64,000 nt of DNA from Octopus bimaculoides (GCF_001194135.2 NC_068984.1:56101875-56165874), one strand, 5' to 3'; numbered from the stretch's first letter, positions 14,431 through 27,165 are shown. Made by a program: numbers and translations. The notes: generated by a model from the sequence alone, not told the origin.

Positions 14431-14673
14431 CAGGGCCGGCGCTAGCAAGTGTAGGATCCAATTAGAGAATTGCCAGTGGAGCCCTCTACTCTACAAAAGC
14501 TGAAGATTGATGTTTTACGCTTTGTGTAATACGCTAATCCCAGCCAAAAAGCGTTGAGGGCTTGAGGCTGCACCATTAGCCGCAATGATAAAATTCGTCA
14601 TTACGTCCTCTACTCGAGTGTGTGTGGGACACAATTTGAACAAACCTGTCTAATTGACTTAAAACCAGCCCTG
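14431..14673. mobile_element. hAT MITE (243 bp) inserted into a SINE
   Basis: Termini CAGGGCCGG...CCAGCCCTG; 8-bp target duplication TTCCCAAC/TTCCTAAC. The interrupted SINE reads continuously across the insertion. Confidence 0.85.
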
Positions 14674-15072
14674 TTCCTAACCACATGGCTTCGGGTTCAG
14701 TCCCATGTAGCACCATGGGCAAGTGTCGTCTACTATAGTCTCAAGTCAGCCAAACCTTTGTCAGTGGATTTGTTAGACGGAAACTAGTAGACCGTCGTAT
14801 ATGTTTGATTCTGTGTTTGTCTCCATCCCCTTTTTGACAATTGTTGTTGATTTATTTACGTACCCGTAACCTAAAACTTCAGTAAAACCGACCGATGAAA
14901 TAAGTACTGGTGTCAATTTGTTCGATTAAACCCTTCAAAGCGCAGTTCCAGCATGGCCACAGTCCAATGTCTGAAACAAATAAAAGATAAAAGAAACGAT
15001 AACAAAATTATAAATTACACATTCTTTCAGCATTAGTATGAATTTTCTAAACTCTTAAAATGATATATTTAA

Positions 15073-15290
15073 CCTTTTAGCATTTAAACCGGCCAAATCT
15101 GGCACAAATATTCTACCAGTTTATGTTCAAACCAACCGTATCTAACCTCCAGTACCTACTCCACAATGCCGCTCTAAAACTAAACAAGCAATCATCAAAA
15201 TTTCAAAACTACGAGAATACACATGATTGATTCAAACCAATGTGAATAAACAAGCATTACATTTGACAGAGTAATCAGAATGCTGAAGGG
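15073..15290. mobile_element. piggyBac-type MITE (218 bp); partial second copy at about 23356..23530
   Basis: TTAA-CCTTTTAGCATT ... AATGCTGAAGGG-TTAA (TTAA target, short TIRs). The internal sequence recurs at 23356. Confidence 0.8.
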
Positions 15291-15919
15291 TTAAAAATCT
15301 GTGACATACTTGGATACCTTTTGCGATTCATCGTTTGAGAACTTTTATCCCAGCATCACAAAATTGCATGTATTTACGGTCGGAAAAACGTCTGCTTTGT
15401 CAGAAAGTGTTGTGTAGCTAAAGAATAAAATACCTAATAGAATATGCATTACCGTCACTCCATTGGCCTAGATATACGTAATAATACGAAAATATAGATG
15501 GTTTCATTATAACAAAAAGTGACATTCCAATTACATTAGCCTCCATCCAGATGAATCTGAACACTCACAGAAAGGATGTGATAACCTATTTACTATAGTT
15601 CATTGAAAATATTGTTCTACAGTGACTTCTTACATTTATATCATTGCTTAATCAAATAAAATGAGTTGCTATGCATATTACCCAGCCTGAAAGCATAGGT
15701 TTATAAATATATTTTATCGTTCAACGTGTACTGAAAGTAAATGACAAGCCGCGGCAATTTTTTTCCTTCCCTAAACCTTATCGCATTTGTTTCTAAAACA
15801 AATATTGTCAATAATGTGAACTAGATGAATTAAGAATGTTCATTCAACAAGTTCCCTTATATTTTCCTCCATCAATGCATAACAGAGCTTAATTACGCAA
15901 TTGTATGTGTGTGTGTGTG

Positions 15920-15957
<38 letters not shown>

Positions 15958-16021
15958 GAGAGATGCGTGTATGTAGATCTAGATGTATATGGAAACAATA
16001 ACATATGTATATATATATTTC

Positions 16022-16274
16022 GGTAATCTTCAAGTTTAGGGAGATAAAAAAAATAAATAAAAATATTCAAGGGAAATAACTGAACGACTTACCAGTATTA
16101 TCCGTTTTCTTCTAGCTGTTTATAAATAAATCACACCCTAACCCTAACGTCAATCAAATCACGTGTGTGATTTATTTATAAACAGAGATGTACGGAAAAT
16201 ACTGGTAAGACGTTCAGTTACGTCCCTTGAATATTTTTTTTTATTTTTTTTATCCCCTAAGCTTGAAGATTACC
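16022..16274. mobile_element. Fold-back MITE with about 115-bp TIRs and 9-bp TSD (Mutator- or Merlin-like)
   Basis: Arms 16022..16136 and 16165..16274 are imperfect inverted repeats with GGTAATCTTCAAG...CTTGAAGATTACC termini. Identical 9-bp flanks ATATATTTC at 16013..16021 and 16275..16283. Confidence 0.85.
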
Positions 16275-17352
16275 ATATATTTCTATACATTATGATTTAA
16301 TTCATAACTTACACACATACATGCCTTGTGACTGTATAATTTTATTATAAAATAAACGTTTCTAATTTAGGTACAATGCCAGCAATTTTGAGGAGATTCG
16401 TTAGTAAACACCATTAACTCCAGTATTTGACTGATGCTTGATTTGGTTAATGTTTACTTTAACACCTGGCCACCAAAAAAAAAAAATGTGTAATAGTGCC
16501 AAAAATTTTAGATTCATTTATTCTTCGTTTGAGTAATAGAAAGAGGTTTTAAAAAAGATCCCATATATCATGGTGAGAGAAACGAATTCATTAATACGGT
16601 GTTGAATATGGTTTCACTTTGGAAAAAAGTCGAGAGCGATTTAGCTGTTGTTTTTAGCACATCTCTACCGTTGGGATCTTTTTTAAAACCTTTTTCTATA
16701 ACTCAAACGAAAAATAAATGAATCTAATTTTTTTTTTTTTTTTTAAACTTTTTTCCATTACACTCAAGCAAAAAAAAATAATTTATGAATTTCTTTCTTT
16801 TCGAAAGTCCCCACCCTCGGAAAACATTTTCCCCACAAATTTCTTTATAATCGTAATCTATGCCGTTTGAAAGGTATTTATATAAAATTTCATTAATATG
16901 TACATTTTCGTAAAAGATATACATTTTCCTAAAAGTTATGTGGGAAAAAAATCAGATCTTGTGAATTTTCCGAAAGTCTTCTCCCCACTCCCTGGTTCGT
17001 TGGCGCAAATTTTTGTTTTCATATTTGTTTAATACACATTTTTTTTTACACCTATTACGCTTGCTTTCTGTTTTGTTTTAGTAGTCGGGTATTAAAGTAA
17101 ACATTAATTTTCTCGACTCCCTTCTCACCTGCAAAAAGGAAAAGCAAAACTGTCTTCGGTGGGATTTGAACTCAGAAGATAAAGAACCGTTAAACGTTTT
17201 CTCCCGAGGCTCTAACATTAATAATCTCTGGCGAATACTCAGTTATTCAACTGTGATTAGTAATATTCTACCAAAACATTTACATATACCGCTATCTATC
17301 TATCTATCTATTACTTTCCATATTCCCCCCTCTGATGCTATCTATTGACTTG

Positions 17353-17394
<42 letters not shown>

Positions 17395-17912
17395 TGCTTT
17401 GAAATCTTTCCAGTTCTCCTTCTTTTCACGTTCCCACTTCTTTATCTCTTTTTATTATATTTCCAAGAGAAAGCAGGAAATATAGAGAATAATTTATAGG
17501 ATAAAGCGCTTTGTTCATGTATTTTTAGAAATATAGTCTAAGTGCAGTTTAGTTCTAAAGTCATTGATGTCTTTCATACGGAATTTTATTTATTTAGTTA
17601 TTTTCTTTAGCTTTATCTTATTTCATATTATTTTATCTCGATTTCAATGCTCTAAGTTGAACTTTACCAGTTAGAATTAACTTCCAATCCTCTGCTTTAT
17701 ATCATCAAATACCTCATCCTTTCAAGTTCAGGCAGCATAGTAGTGGTAAGCCTTTTCCCAGTCAGTTTTGACTTGCTTTTGGTACATTAAACAAAATACA
17801 CGCACAGATGAGCTTTTCAATTGCAGCTCTCTGTTTTATTAACATTGATAAGTTTTTGCAGTCGTGTGTCTATGCTCTCATTGATAAGTAGGTTTAGATT
17901 TTTCCAGCCGTC

Positions 17913-19270
17913 TGTTATAACTGGTGTCGTAATTCACATTGTTTAAGCTGCACACCATCAAAACAGTTTCTTATATCGATTGTATTGACCACGTGAAAGC
18001 ATGCAGAACGTATGCAATAGCACAACAAGAATGTAACAATATCATACACTGAGTATACAGTGTGCAGATGTTGCAGATATGTTTATAATTTTGTAATAAC
18101 ACAAAGAACTAAACAAGAAAGTATATAACATTACTCTTCGAAAGATTAATTGTGTTGGGCATTATATCTCTGTGTTTTATGAATTCTCTTTGCAATTCTG
18201 CAGCTCCCATGTGGAGCTGTTCGTTAAATTATTATGAGGATTAGCATGATTTTAGAAGTGTTCGCAGTATGAAGGTGTTGGAGATAGAATATTAGCAGTT
18301 AGAGAAATTGATGATGTTAACCTATTAATAACCATTGTAGGAATCATTTGATCAGGTAGTGGTTCAGCAAGAGATGCTGGTAGTTGGTGATGTCAGCTTA
18401 TTGATTACATCAGTATTAGCAGATGTGCTTAGAGCAGGATATTTAGGAGCTATCTGTTCATTTGTGTGGGCTTTTCTCGTCACATTTAATCCAGGCTGTG
18501 TTTCCGCCAGCATGAATCAGTTAACATGCATCTGTGTGAAAATTTCAATAGATTCCTCTTGTAATGAGCCATTTTCCACTTTCATAAAGGAGGTTTAGTA
18601 TTACACTTAACTATCTTCCGAGTAATTTTTCAACTGGAGAAAAACTTGCATGCACAAGATTTGTTGTGATGCTTGAAAAGAACCTTCTGCAAATGCTTAT
18701 CAAACTTTGCAACTGATGGACTGTAACCTCTTAAATGCAAGATGTCACTGTTTGTACAGCTCTTTCAAATACACCATTTAGACAGTAAGAATGATTTAGA
18801 GTTTTCTTAAACCAAGTTGGCTTTAACTGAACCAGTCTGATCCTTGAATAAATTCAAGTCCATTGTCGGATACCCCATTCACTGAAACATCAAATTTAAA
18901 AGAATATGGAAATAGACATGTCCTTGTATTTTCCAAGCTTCTGCTGAACATAGAAAAAGGCTTCAGTACCAGCAGCGACTCGATCAACTAAGATCAACGC
19001 ATTCCCAACATCTTGTATACATCTCGAAACTATATGTAATCTTTCCCAAAGTCATAATATAGAACATTTACCATAAAGGGTTGATGGGATTAAGTCTGAT
19101 TTTAGCACACGTCAGAAAATCTACAGTATCTTCAGCAAGATTATACCACCAAACACAAACTGTTGCTATGAATTGCTGGAAGAAGTTTGGATCTTAAGAT
19201 CTTAGTGGTTTTCTTCGCTGTTTACAATTTTGTTCCAATTCTTTTCAAATTTGGTAAATGGATTAAGTTT
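17913..19270 (-). mobile_element. Decayed Ty3/Gypsy LTR retrotransposon 3' remnant: integrase plus candidate 3' LTR (17913..18130)
   Basis: Minus strand, across frameshifts, gives VCVWWYNLAEDTVDFLTC, WERLHI, ALILVD, VSDNGLEF, LNGVFERAVQT (integrase motifs). The 218-bp LTR candidate has TGTTATA...TATAACA termini and is preceded on the minus strand by a purine-rich GAAGAGTAA tract. Confidence 0.8.
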
Positions 19271-21958
19271 TGTATACCAATTATGAAAATGAAATTCATT
19301 TTTCCTAGAAATCTATAACTTAAAAGGTATTACCCTTTAAAATTTGCAAAATTTGGGTATTTTAGCCAATCAGAAGCGGGTATTTTATACATCACCATGG
19401 TGAAAAACTCTGTTTCTATAGTAACTAAAGATGCTGCGCATGTGCACAAGGAGGAGAAGGAGATACGAGAAAGATAATCTTCTACTATAATAATACTCTT
19501 GTGTTTTTCTCTGTCACAACATATGAATGAGAAAGGAAAGGATGATAGATGAATAAGGAAGAAGGGGTGATGGCAAACTGGTAGTGGGAGCGTTTCAACT
19601 TTGTATGAGTATATGTGTGTGTATGTAAAAGGGAGGTATGTGAATATTTGTGTGTGTGTGTATTGCAAACTTTCGTTCTTGAATTTTTTTTAACTAATAA
19701 TTGTTTGTTTTAAACAATGTTTTGGCTGTTATTTCTAGCAACTCCTGTTGGTTTGTTTGCTTGTAGCTTTTAAGTATTTAATTCGCTCACAAATGTTTTA
19801 ATGTTAACTTCATTCGTGTGTATATCTTAATGTTTTGATTGATTATCAATGTTTTGACATGCTGATACCCACCCCACCTTCGATGATGGAAGAGGCAGTG
19901 AATGCACTGTTTTCTGATTGGTTGAAAATTCTGAAAATTATAAAACTTTGAACACCTGTAACATTTTTGCAAAATTTTTCTGGAATAAATGAATAACAAA
20001 TTCAGATTCAGCATCAAAAATTACATCTGTATGATACATTAAAAAAAATTCTTTAAAGATAATTGTCAACAGTGATGAAAACCACAAAGATGTGGAAGCT
20101 TTGGATGATAAGGTTCAAGAAGTAATTGCTTGCTTTTATTAAAGATAAGATCATTCTTTACAATATTAAAGAAGTGGGTGTAACGTAACTGAAACCAACA
20201 AGTAAAACAAAGAGGGTATGAGATAGAAGAATTAACTGTGAACTAAGACAGAAATTTACAACATTGATTTTAAAATAGAAAAATAAATAGTTGTATAAGG
20301 ATGAAAAAAGAAAGAAAAAAATATATGTTGTGATTGATAAGAATAGTTGTTTAAAGAGGAATATTTAGATATTTTTTCATGATAAATGTAAAACATATAA
20401 TAATGGCTATTTGCAAGTTTAGATTTTACCTTAACAATGTTACTTAATGGTGATACAGATCTTAAAGCAGCTGCTACAAGTTTATTTTGGATTTAGAACC
20501 CTTAGTGTATTGAAAACCAATCAGGCTGCTCTCATTTTGTTTGTTGCAACTATTTTTGCTGTTTTGAATTGGGTAGCTCTGTATACTATACTAATCCCAA
20601 ATTTATCCAAAACAGCTGTCTCTTCTTTCCATCACATGTACAGTATCTCATCCTAACTTATACCCCCTCCTCTTCCTCGTCTTTCTTCTGCTTTCATCTT
20701 TCGTCTTTGGCTTCCTCTGTAATTACCCTTTCATCGGTATTTTACCCTCCAGTCACTAATTAAATTCAAACTGTAGTAAAATGTAAACGACAGAAGAATC
20801 ACCAAATTAGTTCTGAAGTTCTTGGAAGGACAAGGGAAAGGTTAAAACAGGTTAGAACACCCTAAGCACTACTTTTCTTCTGTTTTTCTGCAAGCAAACT
20901 AATCATGTTAACATTTGTACTAAATATTAAAACCACCACAACTTACATAGCTATCCTTTTTGTCCAGGTCTATCAATCTGAACTAATGATGGAAGCCTAC
21001 ATGTAGTTGCTTGGCCTGCTAAAAATAGCAGGCAAATCTCCATCAAATCACACCCTACCATCTTTGAAAAAGAATGCCATTTGATAATGTAGACAGAAAC
21101 ACATTCTGGAGGGAAAAAATGTGTGGATACCCAAGACTTGAATACTTTTTGATCATAGGTATAATCATTCAGATGTGTCCTTTGCAAAATATGAAGCACA
21201 ACACAATGCAATAGTTTGTGTATTAGTCAAGACAGTTTCATGTCATTCACTTCTGATGTCTTTTTATAGTCTTACTTAAGGAAGAGGACAGACACTGTTT
21301 TTTTTTTATTTTGGGCTGCCCACCACAACAGAATTGAGATTCTAAAACCAAGTTGCTGCATAAAAAAACATTGGTGTGGGTGCTGCTGCTATGTAAAAAG
21401 CACCCAATACACTCTGTGGAGTGGTTGGCATAAGGAAGGGCATCCAGCCATAGAAACCAAGCCAAAACAGACTATGGAACCTGGTGCAGACCCTGGCCTT
21501 ACTAGTTCTTGTCAAGCTGTCCAATCCATGCCAGCATGGAAAGCAGACATTAAATGTTGATGATGATGATGATTAAAGAAAATAGCTAATTTTAAAAAAT
21601 AGTCAGTAATTTAGGACTTAGTCAGATAACATAATGTAAGTAGGTATGTAGGCAGGTAGGCAGGCAGGTGAGTGGATAGGTAGGTAGGTTGGTAGGCTGG
21701 TGGGTGGAAGGATAGATACATAGGTGAGTGGGTGGGTAGAAGAATAAATACCCAGATTTGGATGGAAGGATAGATCTATTTAACATTTATCTTGCAATCC
21801 ATCCATCCATCGACTTCAGAATCTAAGAAGTTTTTAAGTTCACATTTATAAATTGATATGAGTAATATTGTTCCTATTTGAACTCAGAACATAAAGAGCT
21901 GGATGAATTGCCATTAAGCATTTTCTTTTTCAACATACTAACAATTTTGCCTTCTCAG

Positions 21959-22002
<44 letters not shown>

Positions 22003-22367
22003 TCTTTCTAATTTTACATAGGCATAAGGCCATGCATTTTGAGAGGGTTATAGTGATTTAAATCAACTCTAGAACTTGATTGCTATAAGAGTAGTCACTC
22101 TCAGAGAAATTAGCACTCAGAACACAACATGTCATCCACCAAATTACCAGTTCTGTTCTTAATCTTCTATCTTCTACTTGTTTCAGTCATTTGACTACAG
22201 CCAAGATGGAGCAATGCCTTGAAGGGTTTTAATTAAACAAATTGACCCCAGGACTTATTTTTATAAGCCTACTACTTATTCTATTTGTCTCTTTTGCCAA
22301 ACCACTAAGTTATGGGGATGTAAACACACCAACACCTGTTGTGAAGTGGTGGCAGGGGACAAACAAA

Positions 22368-22420
<53 letters not shown>

Positions 22421-22584
22421 GATCAGCTTCTTTCAGTTTCCATCTACCAAATCCACTCACAAGGTTTTGGTCGGCCCAAGGCTATAGTGGAAGACACTTG
22501 CCCAAGGTGCCACTGAATCTGGAACCATGTGGTTGGAAAGCAATCTTCTTACCTCAGAGCCATGCCTGTGCCTACAACCCTTTC

Positions 22585-22608
22585 TAGTAGTAGTAGTAGT
22601 AGTAGTAA

Positions 22609-22649
<41 letters not shown>

Positions 22650-22650
22650 A

Positions 22651-22693
<43 letters not shown>
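22585..22693. repeat. (AGT)n microsatellite; similar arrays at 39820..39905 and 53040..53127
   Basis: Direct reading. Numerous (TA)n, (CA)n, (GA)n, (TATC)n, (CATA)n, (AAT)n and (CAT)n arrays occur throughout the window. Confidence 0.95.
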
Positions 22694-25085
22694 TTCTTAG
22701 TGCATGCCTTATTTCTTTTCTGTAAAATCTACTTGGTATTTCTTACCACTTACTCTTCTCTTGTTTCAAATATCATAAGTTCTTATATACATCATGATCA
22801 TCATAAAATTGAAACCTTCTGTCAAGATGTATTGCAATTTATATACATACCTATATACACGCACGCACACACACACACACATGCACACACACACACACAC
22901 TCACTCACTCACACTCACACACATGTATATCATTTAAATTTTCAAATGTAATATTGAGTTATAATTTCTCTTGTTCAAAACTTTTGCATTTTATGTCTCA
23001 AGACTTTTCTTATCCATTGACTCTGGAGTTGGTTTTTGTCTATAATATCAAATATACATTTTGAACTATTAATCTAAAAATGGATTTTTGCTCTTAGCAG
23101 TGTATTTATTCTCTGAAGGAAAATAAAAGTAAAAGTAATGTCGAAGCTAACAAACCAAATAAAACAATGATATATTAGTGTTTGAATGGCAAACATAAAG
23201 CTATAAAACTCTCTTGTAACTACTATTTGCTTGGTTTACTTTGAAGCTTTTTAAATATAGGAATTGCTTTCACATTTTGAATTTCTCTAATTCTTGACAG
23301 ATTCAAGTATGAAAGAGAGATCGTTGGTTTACCAATCTTAAAGTCCTTTGTTTAACCTTCTAGCATTCAAACCGGCCACATCCGCCAAAATGTTCTATTT
23401 GTTTCATTAATTGTTTTATGTTCAAACTTACCCTACAATGTCACACTAAAAGTAAACAATCCCATAATGCATGATTAATTTAAAACAATGTGAATAAATA
23501 AGCATTACATTTGATAAACTGATTGGAAAACTATAATAAAGAGAGGGATAGGGTTGAAAACTGAGCTCTGGTGTATTCTTACCTGAGCAGTTAATTCATC
23601 ACTTAACTCATTGCTAACACTCCACCCTTTTGATGGCATCTTTATACATAGTTTATATACCTCTTATAAGGCATGCACTTACATGCATTTCTTACTGATC
23701 ACCAGACCACAGAGTGATATTCTGTCAAAGGCTTTCTTGAATCGTCATCATCATTTAACATCTGTTTTCCATGCTGGCATGGGTTGGATAATTTGACAGG
23801 AACTGGCAAGGTAGAAGACTACACCAAACTATTATGTCTGTTTTGGCATGGTTTTTACGGCTGGACGCCCTTCCTAACACCAACCACTGTGCGGAGTGGA
23901 CTGAGTGCTTTTTACGTGGCACCAGCACAGACGAGGTCGGTTTTGGTGTGGTTTTTACAGCTGGATGCCCTTCCAAATGCCAACCACTTCATAGCATGCA
24001 TGTATGGAAAACATACATTTATACACACCTATGAATACATCTGAAAGAGTTAGCTATTAACACAAATTGCTTTTATGAGTACGTCTGAAAGAGTTTATGC
24101 ATTAATGGACTAGTTCCTTCTATGAATATATGTTTGAATATGGTTAACCATTTACAAACTCTTTCTATACACTACTATATTGAAATTGTTGCAAATTGCT
24201 CGTTACAGCCTTGACAAAAATGGAAAGAGAAGTGTTTCAGTTATAGCTGTGTTTTTATAAAGCAAACTGAGATAATATTAGCTGGAGTTTATTATTAAGT
24301 TGGTTAGGTTGATTTGGTAGTACAAAGTGGTCTATTATTTTATTAGCATTTCATTTCATACATGTTCTAATTCTCTCATTAGTGTGATTGATAATTATAG
24401 ATGTCATTGATATTAAATCTGTAAGTGGGCACATAACTATTTATGTGCATTTGTGCATGCATGCATGCATTAATCAATATACATGAAATGCCATATCTGT
24501 CTGATTCTATGTTTATGTGCAACACATCTAGTACTGACCCTGCCTCAAGTATATGTCAAGTGGTGCATAACAGTATTGTCCATATCAATGGGATATAATT
24601 CGTTTGTTAGTTTTTCAAATATCTAATCCTTTGGTACCCATTCAGTTCCAAACATTAGGGTCAGCTGTCTGGATTAGGAATAACTTTCACACTTTCTCCC
24701 ATCGGTTTTGGAGGCCATCCAAATGATCATAGCTACTCTCTTTACTCTTCTAATTAAGCTATATTTTAAAAAATATGCATTTTATTTATGAATCTGACTA
24801 AACAGGACAAATAAATGATTAAAATAAATTAAAATCAAAATTCAAGCAGAAAAACATAACTTTCAGTATAAATGATAACATTTAATTTTTTTTTTCTTTT
24901 TATGTCACTGCAACAATCTAAGTTTCATACATTCATTCATAAATATATATGTATCTAATGTTACGAAGATTATCCATCCACATCACTGATAGGAGTGGAG
25001 TGTGGATTTGATTGACTATGCTAATACCTTTTAGTAATGCATTGTGCCTTTTGATACACTTTTTGAATTATATATCTCCCCCCCC

Positions 25086-25152
<67 letters not shown>

Positions 25153-25180
25153 CTATAAATGAGTAACAAAGATGTTCAGC

Positions 25181-25325
25181 TCTATATTTAAGAGACGAGG
25201 AATTATGGACATTATTTACATTTGACGGATATTTGTCCTCATCTTGTTTGTTGTTAACACAACGTTTCAGTTGATATACGTCAAATGTAAATAATGTACA
25301 TAATTCCTCATCTCTTAAATATAGA
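25181..25325. repeat. 47-bp inverted repeat (2 mismatches) enclosing the 3' half of the hammerhead-bearing module
   Basis: 25181..25227 pairs with 25279..25325. The interior on the minus strand reads gtatatcaactgaaacgttgtgttaacaacaaacaagatgaggacaaatatccgtc, matching 27082..27145. Confidence 0.85.
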
Positions 25326-26165
25326 ACTGTAAATCATCAGTAGTTAACAAACATATATTTTTGTTATGCAACTAAACTTTGAGTATTATTTTTTTCTTGC
25401 ATTGAAATGTTTTTTTTTTATCTTCTTTTTTCTGAAAGAAATATAATTTAGACTTAAATGACTGTCAGTATAACAACTATGCATTATTGAAGAGTGATAT
25501 CTATCAACTGGTGATCAATCTTATTGACATAAAAGTCAAGAAAATAGTGTGTAACTGTGTGAAAATAAAATGACCACAACTAGATATAGATCACAAGTTT
25601 CAGTCAGGGAGCTTATCAATAATTACTAGTTGTTGATTGGTTGCAGGTCATTCCTGATCATTCACACCTATGATCAAAGGCATTCTGGCCATGATTACCC
25701 TGTATTTTCCTCAGACACCATTCATCTAGTATTACATTCTCCATTTTTTGAAGGTGATAGGAATGACATAAGAAAGATTTTGCTACTGTTTCTATCAGGC
25801 AGAGCAAGCATGAAGAGGCTCTCTCTCATTGGCTTAAGACAAATCTAGTTTATTGTATCTGACTATCACAAATATTGTACAAATGCCTAGAGAAAATCAA
25901 TTACTTTTCCATAATTAAAATTTCATCAATGTATTTGGATGTAACCAAATAAGGAGCATATTATAAGTAGAGCTACACTGTACGACAGAACATATCTGGA
26001 GATTTTTAGCCTACAACTGTTATGCAGAGACAAATCTAAACAACTTTTTTTGGTCTCTACATATACAACTGGTTAAAAATCTATAGGCATATTCTGCAGT
26101 ACAGTAAAGCATTGTAACAAAACATTGTTAATGCACCAGTAATTTATAAGTAGGGCATCGTAACA

Positions 26166-26689
26166 AAAAAGAAAAAAATAATAATAAATCCACCAATCAG
26201 TATATAGTAATTAAATATATTCCACTTGGTAACATATTGTAAGAAAAGTAGAATACTGTGAGAAAATTTGCGCACTGCATCATATCAGGTAAGAAAGGTA
26301 TCAAAATACATTTGGATAAAAGCGACAAAAGATATATGATAATGAAATCTACTTTAAAGTAATTAGATATATACCACTGAGTAACATATTGTCAGAAAAT
26401 TAGAATATTGTGAGAAAAAATGNNNNNNNNNNAAAAAGAAAAAAATAATAATAAATCCACCAATCAGTATATAGTAATTAAATATATTCCACTTGGTAAC
26501 ATATTGTAAGAAAAGTAGAATACTGTGAGAAAATTTGCGCACTGCATCATATCAGGTAAGAAAGGTATCAAAATACATTTGGATAAAAGCGACAAAAGAT
26601 ATATGATAATGAAATCTACTTTAAAGTAATTAGATATATACCACTGAGTAACATATTGTCAGAAAATTAGAATATTGTGAGAAAAAATG
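26166..26689. repeat. About 257-bp direct duplication flanking a 10-N gap; probable assembly overlap artefact
   Basis: 26166..26422 and 26433..26689 read as identical and are separated only by N10. Confidence 0.85.
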
Positions 26690-26911
26690 TTGCATTAAGT
26701 TGTATGTAGTTAGAAATGGCATATGTAAATATTTTCACTGAAAAGCGTGTGAAAATATTGTTTATGGTAATGAAGTCTGTTCAAGTTGAGTAATTGAATG
26801 TATTCCCTAAGGTAAACTTTTGGAAGAAAAGTAAAATATTGTGAAAAACATATTGTATTAAGTTGTAGATGGTAAGAAAAGATGTTTCTTCAACTCATAA
26901 TATGCCCGTGG

Positions 26912-27165
26912 GCCCACAGGCACAAAGTGTAGTGGTTAGCGCGGGCTACAAACCACAAGATTCCGAGTTCAATTCCAGGCTATGACCTTAATAATAATAA
27001 TAATAATAACATTGAAAAAATACCTTAAGAATGAGAACCCAGTTTCGAAATTTCCCCAAAATACCTGATGGAGGCTGGAGGGTATATCAGCCGAAACATT
27101 GTGTTAACAACAAACAAGATGAGGACAAATATCCGTCAAATGTAAATGATGTAAAGATGTACAGG
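26912..27165 (+). mobile_element. tRNA-headed SINE-like element with (AAT)n linker and a 3' module containing a degenerate hammerhead ribozyme
   Basis: A-box-like TAGTGGTTAG (26930), B-box GAGTTCAATTCC (26965), (AAT)n, then CTGATGGA-GGCTGG..TCAGCC-GAAA-CATT-GTGTT at 27065..27105. Confidence 0.65.

Noticed and set aside
16570-16578. ATG-GTGAGA as a start-codon-only first exon
   Set aside because: Phase-compatible but supported only by a 9-nt motif expected by chance in a window this size.
19330-19980. Inverted CCAATCAGAA/TTCTGATTGG motifs as ends of a DNA transposon
   Set aside because: Complementarity does not extend convincingly beyond about 10 bp and no termini or TSD could be defined.
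22529-22951. 140-aa serine-rich ORF, and the many YIYI/HTHT/CVCV/SLSL ORFs
   Set aside because: Translations of (AGT)n, (TA)n, (CA)n and (GA)n microsatellites and SINE bodies; no protein-family signal.
26166-26689. Apparent 257-bp tandem duplication
   Set aside because: The copies read as identical and flank a 10-N gap, the signature of unmerged overlapping contig ends.
26912-26990. tRNA gene (also the heads of SINE families A, B and D)
   Set aside because: A/B boxes are present but no complete cloverleaf; each is followed by SINE body sequence.
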